Shown: positions 8,599 through 17,707 of the stretch, piece after piece
Layout: the number at the start of each line of letters is the position of its first letter
How positions within the stretch are numbered: the first letter of the stretch is position 1
Source: an uncultured Spirochaetaceae bacterium
GTDB lineage: Bacteria > Spirochaetota > Spirochaetia > SZUA-6 > DRHE01
Direction of reading: 5' to 3'
Assembly (NCBI GenBank): GCA_964604845.1
Contig: CAZSBH010000047.1
Span: 1 to 31,716 of the forward strand
Length of the DNA: 31,716 nt
The notes under the pieces: model-generated
Told to the model about the DNA's origin: nothing
What the model saw: only the letters and a program-made list of their open reading frames with translations
Databases searched by the model: none
Program-made: the position numbers and the translations under genes

Positions 8599-9555
8599 AT
8601 GATCGACCTGGACAAAATTGTTACCGCTCGCGACCGGATTGCTCCCTACGTTCACCGAACTCCTGTTCAAAGAAACCGCACCCTCAGTGAGATGCTGGGG
8701 ACCAACGTATATATCAAGCTGGAGCTGTTCCAGAAAACAGGTTCTTTCAAACCCCGCGGCGCTTTCAACAAGATGCTCACCCATCTCGATGAAGTTCGCG
8801 GTACCGGCGTCGTGGCCATGAGCGGCGGGAACTTCGCCCAGGGCGTTGCCTATGCAGGGAGTACCTTGGGAGTGCGGACCCGGATTATCATGCCTGAGTA
8901 CACCCCGCTGAACTATATCCAGGCTACCGAGTCATACGGCGGTGAGGTCGAGTTGGTCAAAGGCGTGGACGATGCTTTTCGGATCGCAGAGCAGTACGGC
9001 CGGAACGGGTGGAAGTACTTTCATCCTTTCGACGACCGCGAACTGATCACCGGCCACGGATCGATCGGGCTGGAGCTGATAGAGGATATCCCTGAGCTGA
9101 CGGATGTGTTTATCAGCGTTGGTGGCGGAGGTTTGATGGGCGGAATCACCCTGGCCGTCAAGCAGCTCAAACCCGAAGTCCGGGTGTGGAGCGTGGAAAC
9201 GGAGGGGTCCGACACGCTGGGGCAGGCGCTGAAGGCGGGCCGGCTGGTCCGGATCACCCCCCGGTCCCTGGCAAAAACCCTCGGTGCGCCCGTTGTTTCG
9301 GAGGACGCCCTGCTCATCGCTCAAGAGTTCGGTCACCGTCATGTGGTGGTTACGGACCAGGAAGCCTATCAGGCGCTGCGGCTGCTCATGGAGCGGGCCA
9401 AGGTGGTCACCGAGCTGGCCGCGTCCTGCACGCTGGCGGCGGCACGGAGTGTGTCCACCTCCTTTTCCCAACAGGACCACGTGGCTCTGGTGCTTTGCGG
9501 CGGGAATACATCCCTCGAGACCCTGGCGGAGTACCGCTCCCGATTTGAGGTTTGA
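8599..9555 (+). CDS. PLP-dependent threonine/serine ammonia-lyase (fold type II, short form)
   Basis: 318 aa. PLP-lysine motif ELFQKTGSFKPRGAFNKM, glycine loop VGGGGLMGG, SD GAGGGA 5 nt upstream. Confidence 0.9.
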   Translation: MIDLDKIVTARDRIAPYVHRTPVQRNRTLSEMLGTNVYIKLELFQKTGSFKPRGAFNKMLTHLDEVRGTGVVAMSGGNFAQGVAYAGSTLGVRTRIIMPEYTPLNYIQATESYGGEVELVKGVDDAFRIAEQYGRNGWKYFHPFDDRELITGHGSIGLELIEDIPELTDVFISVGGGGLMGGITLAVKQLKPEVRVWSVETEGSDTLGQALKAGRLVRITPRSLAKTLGAPVVSEDALLIAQEFGHRHVVVTDQEAYQALRLLMERAKVVTELAASCTLAAARSVSTSFSQQDHVALVLCGGNTSLETLAEYRSRFEV

Positions 9556-10028
9556 TCCGCGCCACCCCTCGATATCGTTAAAATGTGACCGGAAACAACA
9601 CCCCGAAGCCGACAACAAAGGCGCGGTCGGGGCGCACCATCAGGGAGTGTTCGGCTCGGTTCTATCACGGCTGTCTACCCATTCCCAGACGTCGACAGCC
9701 GGCTCGGTCCAGTCATCGTCGTGGCGGACCCCTGCTGGGTCCTGTAGAATGCCCCCGCTTTGAGGGTTTTGTGCAGGCGAAGGGAGGCGCCGGCGGTGAT
9801 TCCGCGATAGCGGAACTCGTGATTCGTACCTTCCTTCATTTTTGCCTCCATCTTCCGACCCCGAAGCCGGGAGATGATTGAATTGTAATTTTTATTAGTA
9901 TAAACCTAACTAAATTAATAAAGTATATCAAGTACAAAACCGGTTTTTGGTTTTTCCGAGGGTCACATCTACCATTTAAACCTTTTCTCGGTGGGAAATT
10001 ATGAAAATCTACCGATAAACTAAGTGTT

Positions 10029-11687
10029 ATGAGCATCCGGGTAAAAATTGTCTTGATCGTCCTTCCCCTGATCATTACTACACTGCTGCTGACAGGAGCA
10101 TCCTCCTTCTTTTCCGCCACCAATGCGATTACGGGAATCGCCAAGGAGTTCCTCGGGTTCAAGGCCGCCGAATTCCAGAAGTATGCGGAGAGCCAGTGGC
10201 TGCTGCTGGTAGAAAACAACATGACCGGGAGACCTTCGATGGTGGCAGCCACGCAGGCTGCCATCGAGAGTTACGCGGACAGCATCGTCCGCAGCACCAC
10301 GGAGGTCATCTTTGCCCTGGACAGCCAGCTTGAGGTGGCCATGCAGACCGGGGAGCTGACCGTCGAGGAAGGTGAGCGGGAGGCTCTCCGGCAGATCGTT
10401 GAATCCAGAACCAACGACCTGATCACCCCCCGGATATCCGGAGTTGAGCGGGTGGCCAAGGGTTTTTATTTCGAGCCCTTCGATTGGTACATTATGGTCT
10501 CCGAACAGAGGGACACCTTCTACAGCCAGGTCAATCAGATCACCCAGAGGACCGGAATCATTCTTGTAGTGGCGATCGTACTGGGTGTGATCATGGTCCT
10601 GGTCTTTGCCAACTACCTCACCAATCCGATGACCCGGGTTGCCCAGACGATGGAGAAGATCATTTCAACGAACGATCTGTCGAATAGGGTCCAAGTGGAG
10701 TACAATGACGAGACCGGGAGGCTGGCTCACACCTTCAACATCATGGTGGGCGCTCTAGAGACCGCCTACAAACAGATCAAACGTTACGCTTTCCGTGCCG
10801 TAGTAGCCCAGAAGAATGAGCACAAGATACGCACCATCTTTCAGAAGTATGTGCCCGCCGACGTCATCGACGAGTTCTTCGCGAATCCGGAGAAGATGCT
10901 AGTCGGGGAGAACCGGGTGATTTCCATCCTCTTCTCCGACATCCGCAGTTTCACCAGCATCTCCGAGCAGATGATGCCTGATGACCTGGTTAGCTCCTTA
11001 AACCGCTACTTCACGGTTATGGTTGACATCATCATGGCCCGGGGCGGTACCGTAGACAAGTACATCGGGGATGCCATCATGGCCTTCTTCGGAGCCCCGG
11101 CGCGCCACAAAGACGACGCCCTGCAGTCGGTTTTGGCGGGCATTGAGATGACTGAAGCCCTTGAGGAATTCAATGCCCAGCAGAGGAAACTCGGCAAACC
11201 GGAGTTCCGGATTGGGGTGGGCATCAACTACGGCGTGGTTACGGTCGGGAATATCGGTACGGACAAGAAGATGGACTACACGATCATCGGGGATATGGTC
11301 AACCTGGCCTCTCGTATGGAAGGCTTGACAAAGAAGTACCGCCAGGCTCTTCTAATCTCCGAGAGCCTGCAGCAGAAAGTCAAGGACGAGGTAGCCTTTC
11401 GTCTGATCGACACCGTTGCGGTCAAAGGAAAAACAAAAGGGGTAAAAATCTACACAGCTAGAATACGTCTCGGTGAAGAGGAGAACAGAGCCTGGACCCT
11501 GCATAACACCGCGATGGAGAGCTACTACCGGCGGGATTTCGATGAAGCGATCGGCTATTTTCAGAATGTGCAGAAGATCTTTCCCGATGACTACGCTTCC
11601 CGGCTGATGATTGACCGCTGCCGTCAGTTCAAGGCGGACCCACCTCCCGAGAATTGGGATGGTGTGGAGATCATGACGGAAAAGTAG
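10029..11687 (+). CDS. Membrane sensor nucleotidyl cyclase: TM - extracytoplasmic domain - TM - HAMP - class III adenylate/guanylate cyclase - TPR-like tail
   Basis: 552 aa. The HAMP segment is NRVQVEYNDETGRLAHTFNIMVGAL. Cyclase core motifs are ISILFSDIRSFTSISE, DKYIGDAIMAFFGAP and DYTIIGDMVNLASRMEG. Confidence 0.9.
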   Translation: MSIRVKIVLIVLPLIITTLLLTGASSFFSATNAITGIAKEFLGFKAAEFQKYAESQWLLLVENNMTGRPSMVAATQAAIESYADSIVRSTTEVIFALDSQLEVAMQTGELTVEEGEREALRQIVESRTNDLITPRISGVERVAKGFYFEPFDWYIMVSEQRDTFYSQVNQITQRTGIILVVAIVLGVIMVLVFANYLTNPMTRVAQTMEKIISTNDLSNRVQVEYNDETGRLAHTFNIMVGALETAYKQIKRYAFRAVVAQKNEHKIRTIFQKYVPADVIDEFFANPEKMLVGENRVISILFSDIRSFTSISEQMMPDDLVSSLNRYFTVMVDIIMARGGTVDKYIGDAIMAFFGAPARHKDDALQSVLAGIEMTEALEEFNAQQRKLGKPEFRIGVGINYGVVTVGNIGTDKKMDYTIIGDMVNLASRMEGLTKKYRQALLISESLQQKVKDEVAFRLIDTVAVKGKTKGVKIYTARIRLGEEENRAWTLHNTAMESYYRRDFDEAIGYFQNVQKIFPDDYASRLMIDRCRQFKADPPPENWDGVEIMTEK

Positions 11688-11739
11688 GTGTAGATATAAC
11701 AACCCCTAGTCGATCATAGAAACGGCGGGATAGAATGAC

Positions 11740-14250
11740 GTGAGCGGGTTATTTCAAAAAGCCCAAGAGATACGAAACCATACCCAAACAGGACCCGGAA
11801 GCGAAGACGAATTCTTACTGGGCGAGCAGTCCGGGATCTCCAAAGAGGATCAGCAGGAAATCGTCGAGGAGATCGAGAAGATTTCCGAGGAGAGTCGGAT
11901 CTCCATCACCCCTGAAACCATGGCCATCAAGGCCGTTAAGAGGGGATTCGTCTTCCCTCTTCTGGTGAACATCTTTGCTGTTTTATTACTGGCCGGTGGC
12001 GGGTTTACCCTCTACTGCCTCTTTCAGAGGGGAGAGACGGTCCTCATGGAGGAGGGCGGCGCGATCACTTCGGCACAGGGCAAGCTCATCGAAGAGCTGA
12101 AAAAGGAGTCCGAGGCCGCACTCCAGGCGAAGAACCGGGAGATCTCTCAGATCCAGTCCCAACTGGAGGACATCGACAAAAAGCGCCTTGAACTTCAGGT
12201 GAACATGAACGAGAAGGTTGCAGCCCGGGAGGCGGAACTGCGCGGTGCCCTGGCCGCCGAATTGGCCGCGGAACGGGAACGGCTCCGGCAGCAGGGGATC
12301 TCCGAGGCGGACATCACCAGCCGCCTGGATACACTGGAATCGGAGAAAACGGCTGCGTTCCAGCAAGAGGTTGATTCCTTCAAAAGGCAGGCCGAGGAGG
12401 AGCGCCTGGAGGCCGAGGAAAACCTGCGGGCTCTGCAGAATGAGTATCAGCAAAACCTCACGCAGGCCGAGACGGAACGGGAGCGCGTGCGGGAGGAAGC
12501 AGCAGTCCGGGAGGCGGAACTGCGTAGTCAGCTCGATGCCCGTACCGAGGAGTTGGAACAGGCGACCCTCGAGGCCAGGGAGGAGCTCAACAAATTAGCC
12601 TCCCAGCAGGAGAAGCAGACCTTTGCCACAGCTCAGCTCAACGGCTTCTACAGCCGGGTTAAGGAGGATATCCAGGAGGGAAACTTCGATCAGGCCCTCG
12701 ATGGCCTGGACTCGATCAAAGAATACCTCGACACACCCTTGGTGGCCACACTCCCCAATATGCTGCAGCGCCGGGAGATCGAGCTGTTCGTCGTGGATTC
12801 GATAAGCAGCCTGGTCCAAGGGGAGATGCAGAAAACCGAGGTAGACACCACCTCCCTGATCGCCTCCGCTGACCTGCTCAATGATATGAAGAATCGGGTC
12901 ATCGCGGGAGATGGACTGTTTCGACAGGGTGATATCGCGGCGGCGGAAGCCAAGTATCGGGAAGCCCTGAATATGATGCCTGAAATCAACAAGGCTCACT
13001 CCTATTTCTTGGCCCGGGGGGATGATGCGGAACAGGTTCGCCGGCAAACCCTGAGGGATTTTCTCCGGCGCGCCGAGGCGGCCTTCGGACGCGGAGAGTA
13101 TTCGGCGGCCCTCGACAACTACATAAAAGCTTTCGCCTATCTTCCTGAAGATGCGGCCACGGTGGAAAAGATGATCAGCCAGGTTCGCCGTTCCGGGTAT
13201 GAGCTGGGTATCGCCCAGCTGCGTCGCCGGGATACTTCAAATGCGGCGGGCCCTTTGGCTGCGGCGGAAGGGTTATACAATCAGGAGGACTACAACGGCG
13301 CGATTCTCGGGTATATCGACCTGATCGCCGGATATCCCAACAGCAGCCAGGTTACAGCCGCCCTCGAGGGGGTCAACAAATCGGTGGAGGCGCTGGAGAA
13401 GGAAGCCGAAGCTCGGGGAACCTTGGTCACCGAAGGAGCCGCCACGGAAGGAGCCGCCGCAGAAGGAGCAGCCGCAGACGCCCTGCGGAGCGATATAGCC
13501 GCATTGGAAAAAACCCTTGAGGATAGGAACAGCGAGATCCAAGACCTTCAGGCGCGTCTTGAAGCCCAGAGCGGGGATTCCAGCGCGTTGGAACAAAGTT
13601 TGGAGGAGAAGAATCGGGAAATCGCGGCCTTGAAAGGGGAAATCGAAAGGGCCAAGTCGGATGCCGGGCAGATGCAGAAAGAGCTGGAAGAGCGGGTCGG
13701 CAGCCTGACCGCGGAGCTCGAATCCAAAGTCGCCCTGGCCGAGACCCTGCAGGCGGAGAAACAGGCCCTGGAAGAGGAGATCGCCTCCCTGAACAGCCAG
13801 ATCGAGCAGATGCAGGCGGAGCAGACCGCCGCCCTGGCCAACCTGGACGAGGAGGTGGGGAAGAAGATCACCCGGTTGGAGAATGTCGAGCGCCGCTACA
13901 ACAAGTTGGTGGACAACTACCAGGAATATGCCAGGCAGGAGGATGCCTTGCTGAATGCCCGCGGAGAGGAAGCGCTGATTCAGAGCAAGCTCTACCTGAA
14001 CGCCTTTCTCACCGCCAGCGATGAGAGCTTTCCCGGTCTCTGGGACCGGGTCAAGCGTTACGATGAGGCCTTCGAGAAGGCCGGCCGGGCCAGCGCCGCG
14101 CAAGACCTGAGCGACATTCTCTTCGAGATTTCCGTCCGCAGCCGCCCCGAATCCCGCGAACTGTTCCTGGAGAGCGAAAAGGCCCGTTACCAGGACGTAC
14201 CGGAAATGGTCGACTTGATCGATGATCTGACAGATCTGGTAATGCAGTAG
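11740..14250 (+). CDS. Membrane-anchored coiled-coil / TPR-like protein, unknown function
   Basis: 836 aa from a GTG start. It has one TM segment (FVFPLLVNIFAVLLLAGGGFTLYCLF) and two long E/A/L/Q/R-rich coiled-coil regions flanking a TPR-like middle (GDIAAAEAKYREAL..., GEYSAALDNYIKAF..., EDYNGAILGYIDLI...). The start codon is uncertain. Confidence 0.7.
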   Translation: MSGLFQKAQEIRNHTQTGPGSEDEFLLGEQSGISKEDQQEIVEEIEKISEESRISITPETMAIKAVKRGFVFPLLVNIFAVLLLAGGGFTLYCLFQRGETVLMEEGGAITSAQGKLIEELKKESEAALQAKNREISQIQSQLEDIDKKRLELQVNMNEKVAAREAELRGALAAELAAERERLRQQGISEADITSRLDTLESEKTAAFQQEVDSFKRQAEEERLEAEENLRALQNEYQQNLTQAETERERVREEAAVREAELRSQLDARTEELEQATLEAREELNKLASQQEKQTFATAQLNGFYSRVKEDIQEGNFDQALDGLDSIKEYLDTPLVATLPNMLQRREIELFVVDSISSLVQGEMQKTEVDTTSLIASADLLNDMKNRVIAGDGLFRQGDIAAAEAKYREALNMMPEINKAHSYFLARGDDAEQVRRQTLRDFLRRAEAAFGRGEYSAALDNYIKAFAYLPEDAATVEKMISQVRRSGYELGIAQLRRRDTSNAAGPLAAAEGLYNQEDYNGAILGYIDLIAGYPNSSQVTAALEGVNKSVEALEKEAEARGTLVTEGAATEGAAAEGAAADALRSDIAALEKTLEDRNSEIQDLQARLEAQSGDSSALEQSLEEKNREIAALKGEIERAKSDAGQMQKELEERVGSLTAELESKVALAETLQAEKQALEEEIASLNSQIEQMQAEQTAALANLDEEVGKKITRLENVERRYNKLVDNYQEYARQEDALLNARGEEALIQSKLYLNAFLTASDESFPGLWDRVKRYDEAFEKAGRASAAQDLSDILFEISVRSRPESRELFLESEKARYQDVPEMVDLIDDLTDLVMQ

Positions 14251-14278
14251 AGCGCTTCGTCCGCAGTTGCGAACAGGA

Positions 14279-15457
14279 TTAGTGCAATTCTCTCAGCTTA
14301 TTCGTTGGGAGTGCATAAACCCGAAAGTACAGCTCTTCCCGATCCCATTCCTGCGACCATAACGGCATTGTGAAGAAAACCGCATGTTCACTGACGAGAA
14401 ACATCTCGAATGCAAAGTGGAGGCCCCCGAGGACGAAGTCCGAAACCTGCTCCCCCTCCGAGTTGTATATGTAGCAGCGATTGTTCTCGAAGCTCAATAG
14501 ATCACCGTTGGACAGCAATGCATCGATCCGCCTCTCCATCTTCACCATCGGTTTGATCAATCCGCTGTCGTGCCAGGAGTAGTTCTTGTACTTCCGTTCG
14601 ACCGCGGAGTAGGTGCTCACATAGCTTCGACCGCTCGCCGGATGATGATAATAAAAGGCATTTTCCAAGTCCGGGGGTAGCGTGAGAGGCATATTAGTTC
14701 TGGTTGGTATCGATGCTGCCCCACTAATCCCGCTGGACAGATCCGTGGTAGCTTCGATCTCGTCGTAGGTTCCGCTTCCATCTATTTTGCAGAGGAAGTA
14801 GTGATAATCAGCGGCGGGTGGCCAATCGGCAAATGGATAGATCGACGAACCCACGATCGTCGAACCGCTGATCGACAAAGCCACCGTCAGCTGTTGATCA
14901 TCCGCAACAGCGATGTAAGCTGTGTTTCTATCGTATTGTAGCAGAAGTAGACGGTTGTCCTGATAGTTGTTTGCGTTATAGCGGGTAAAACTAAGGTAAT
15001 AGTCGGCATCGATTGGGTAAGGTGGGCCGATTGCACCGGTACTTGAGCCCTTCAGGGTTTCCACCCGATAGTTCAGTTTGCGGAGGTTCTCGTTTATCAT
15101 GTCCATTCCCCACCACCAGCCGTAAACAGCGAATATATCCTCGTTGTCGACTGCGTCCTTGCCTTCGTAGCGGACATAGAGAAGGCGGATATCCCGCTCG
15201 TCCGCGCGTACGATGAACCCGCTCATGAAATCTTCCGGCCCGGAGCCGGTGCCTTTGTTGGGGAGGAAATAGTAATCTGACCCCTCGAACTCGTATCGGC
15301 CGATGGGCAGGGGACCGATCTGCCTGGTTTCAGCACCCAAATCCACCATCTTTTCTGCCGTGAGAATCGCCAGGGAGAGATCTTCATTATACGGGGGGAA
15401 GCCGCAGGTTAGGAGGAACAAAGGTAAAATCAGAAGCAGTGCTGTCCGTTTGATCAT
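14279..15457 (-). CDS. Lipoprotein of unknown function (module 2 lipoprotein)
   Basis: MIKRTALLLILPLFLLTCG lipobox. 392 aa, rich in Y/W/beta-strand segments. The ATG overlaps the upstream stop (ATGA 15457-15454). Confidence 0.7.
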   Translation of the reverse strand: MIKRTALLLILPLFLLTCGFPPYNEDLSLAILTAEKMVDLGAETRQIGPLPIGRYEFEGSDYYFLPNKGTGSGPEDFMSGFIVRADERDIRLLYVRYEGKDAVDNEDIFAVYGWWWGMDMINENLRKLNYRVETLKGSSTGAIGPPYPIDADYYLSFTRYNANNYQDNRLLLLQYDRNTAYIAVADDQQLTVALSISGSTIVGSSIYPFADWPPAADYHYFLCKIDGSGTYDEIEATTDLSSGISGAASIPTRTNMPLTLPPDLENAFYYHHPASGRSYVSTYSAVERKYKNYSWHDSGLIKPMVKMERRIDALLSNGDLLSFENNRCYIYNSEGEQVSDFVLGGLHFAFEMFLVSEHAVFFTMPLWSQEWDREELYFRVYALPTNKLRELH

Positions 15458-16698
15458 AGCAGCAATCGAACTCCGAATCGGAAGTTGGCCAGGTGGATTA
15501 GGATTTTTCCAATAGGAAGATAGCCGGAAGGCTCACGATCCGGTGGAAAGGACGCCAGCATTAAAAAGGTGTTCTCCCGGCTCCCGGTCCAGTATATGTA
15601 TGGGGAGTAATCGAAATAAACCTTGCGGTTGGGATTTCGTGAATATTCGAAGCCGAAGGTCGGCTGAGCTCCGAATGGTGCGATTGGTTCCAACCCCCAG
15701 TAACCGGATGCCGTAATAATTCGCCAAAACGCTCCTACGGAAAAATACGGTCGTATGTAACGGTCCGATGCGTTGAAATAGAATCCTAAACTGAGGTTGT
15801 AGTGGCTCAGTGTGTGGCTGACAAAAGCTCTTCCCTCGTAGCGCTCACCGTCATCGAGTACGATGCCGAGAAGGTAGGTCAGCATCCCAACCTTCCCGAA
15901 CACCGAATCTGGAACAAAGAAATAGATGAAGTCAAACCCTGGAAAGGTCAGATTGTTTAAATAGACATCAAAACCGAACCGTGCCCCCTGCTCTTGGGGA
16001 AGTGAAACGATCTTCTCGGTCTGATCCATGTAGATCTGGCCTTCGACCGGGAGGTAGCCGGGCTTGATCGCTCGGTAGGGTAGAGTGGCCGGTAAAGGCA
16101 CGTCCGCACTGGTCTGTCCATCTTTTGCTACTTTGAGACGTTTCCAGGCACTGCCTTGAATACGCGTTCCCGGAAGAGCCTCGAAGTACAGGGTTCCCCG
16201 GTTGATATCTTTGGACAGTGCGGTCAGGTAGTACTCGGCAATTGGATCTGTGAAATCTTCCCAGGTCTCACGCTGGAGATCCCGGGCACCCCTTCTGTAG
16301 GTTTTTTCCACGGTCTTGTCGAGAGCGATTTGTCCGGTAAGCATGTCCAGCAGCCTAACCGTAAGGGTACAAGATGCAAAATTCCCGGAAACCACGATGT
16401 GCAGCCACGAATCCGCTTCCATCTGCTCAGCTGTTTCGGTTTTCTCCGCGTCCGACGGCGGGATCGCTCCATCCCGGTAGTCTTTCGGTGCTACTCGGGG
16501 GCTGGCTTCAGCCAGCTTGATCAGCAGGGTCTCATAGAGCAGGACTTGTTCCTCTTCCGAAAAGTCCGAGCCCGGGAGGACTTCGTAGAAGAGCAACAGG
16601 CGGCGGGTCTCCTCTGTTTCTTCCGAAACTTGTGCGGACAAACAAACCGAGATTAACAGGGCGAGTAATAGAAGGATGAAGATCCGTTTGCCACCCAT
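15454..16698 (-). CDS. Secreted protein: LpoB/CsgG-like N-domain + PEGA-like region + putative beta-barrel (module 2)
   Basis: The ORF 15454..16833 is trimmed to MGGKRIFILLLLALLISVCLSAQ (signal peptide) at 16698, 1 nt after the upstream stop. The C-terminal 170 aa is alternating and aromatic-rich. Domain calls are by eye only. Confidence 0.6.
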   Translation of the reverse strand: MGGKRIFILLLLALLISVCLSAQVSEETEETRRLLLFYEVLPGSDFSEEEQVLLYETLLIKLAEASPRVAPKDYRDGAIPPSDAEKTETAEQMEADSWLHIVVSGNFASCTLTVRLLDMLTGQIALDKTVEKTYRRGARDLQRETWEDFTDPIAEYYLTALSKDINRGTLYFEALPGTRIQGSAWKRLKVAKDGQTSADVPLPATLPYRAIKPGYLPVEGQIYMDQTEKIVSLPQEQGARFGFDVYLNNLTFPGFDFIYFFVPDSVFGKVGMLTYLLGIVLDDGERYEGRAFVSHTLSHYNLSLGFYFNASDRYIRPYFSVGAFWRIITASGYWGLEPIAPFGAQPTFGFEYSRNPNRKVYFDYSPYIYWTGSRENTFLMLASFPPDREPSGYLPIGKILIHLANFRFGVRLLL

Positions 16699-16699
16699 A

Positions 16700-17707
16700 C
16701 TAGAATCCAGTATTCGCCTTGTACAGGCGGAAGTTGCCTTCGTCGAAAACGTAGTAATAATCGCCGTCGATATCGAAGTCCAAGGGTATTTCGTCTTCAG
16801 AGGAAATTTGGAATCGTTTCTTGATCTCACCATTGAGAGTCAGTAGATAGTATCTCCCGCGGGTACGCGTCTGCGCTACCACGCCCTTTCTGGTATAGAA
16901 GACTTCGCTGTCTCCGCGCACGCCGTCCACCCTAGGTTGGACGGGGTAATTGCTGAACACAGGACTCAATAGGGTTGTAGAATAATGACTGGCCGGGGTC
17001 CATACGATCTGGAGAAACCCTTCATCCTTGTCCTGTTCCCCGCCGTGTAAGAATAGATAAACGGGATTTCCGGGGACAGAAGTGTGTGGATCGAGGACTT
17101 GCGGGTCGTACCCGATTCCTTGAAGCCGCATCTCCGTGGGTGCGCCCAACGGTGTTGCCGGATAGCTGGGAGAGGTCCAGGTATTGCTGAATCGGATGTA
17201 ACTAATATCGGAGCCAGTAGTATTGAGCAGATAATTACTGCCCGCGACACCGAAGGCGTAATGATCCCAATTGTAGCCAATATTCGGGTAATAGGCTTGG
17301 GAAGTCAGGGGATCTCCGTAAAACCTGACATCCCCGACCACGAAGTCGTCGTTCGCGTCAACGAGACTGAGGTTGCTGTGAAAATCGATCTCTCCTTTTG
17401 TGATCAGCTCCAGCGATGTGTCGAATGCATATACCCGCTGGCCTCCAGGATCCCTGCGAATGATAAGAAACACATATTCCCGGCCGGTTGAATCATTCTT
17501 GAGCACATGAATGTCATTCTGCCAGAGTTCTCCGCCTGCTCCGATAAATTGCTCAATCTCACCGGTCAGATCCACCGATGCGACGGCCTGGGACAGATAA
17601 CCGGGAAATGGGGATAAAGTGAGTATAGTAACAACTAGATCACAACCGGACAGGCAGAGAAGCGTTGAGAGAATAATCAGGAGTAAAATCAACAATCGCT
17701 TTACCAT
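16700..17707 (-). CDS. Lipoprotein of unknown function (module 1 lipoprotein)
   Basis: The ORF 16700..17878 is trimmed to MVKRLLILLLIILSTLLCLSGC (lipobox LSGC) at 17707. It overlaps the upstream gene's stop by 7 nt (ATGGTAA). Confidence 0.7.
   Translation of the reverse strand: MVKRLLILLLIILSTLLCLSGCDLVVTILTLSPFPGYLSQAVASVDLTGEIEQFIGAGGELWQNDIHVLKNDSTGREYVFLIIRRDPGGQRVYAFDTSLELITKGEIDFHSNLSLVDANDDFVVGDVRFYGDPLTSQAYYPNIGYNWDHYAFGVAGSNYLLNTTGSDISYIRFSNTWTSPSYPATPLGAPTEMRLQGIGYDPQVLDPHTSVPGNPVYLFLHGGEQDKDEGFLQIVWTPASHYSTTLLSPVFSNYPVQPRVDGVRGDSEVFYTRKGVVAQTRTRGRYYLLTLNGEIKKRFQISSEDEIPLDFDIDGDYYYVFDEGNFRLYKANTGF

Noticed and set aside
9836-10264. 142-aa minus-strand ORF spanning the cyclase start.
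   Set aside because: It overlaps the well-supported cyclase N-terminus in antisense and has no signal or motif. Its AT-rich 3' part is more likely promoter DNA.
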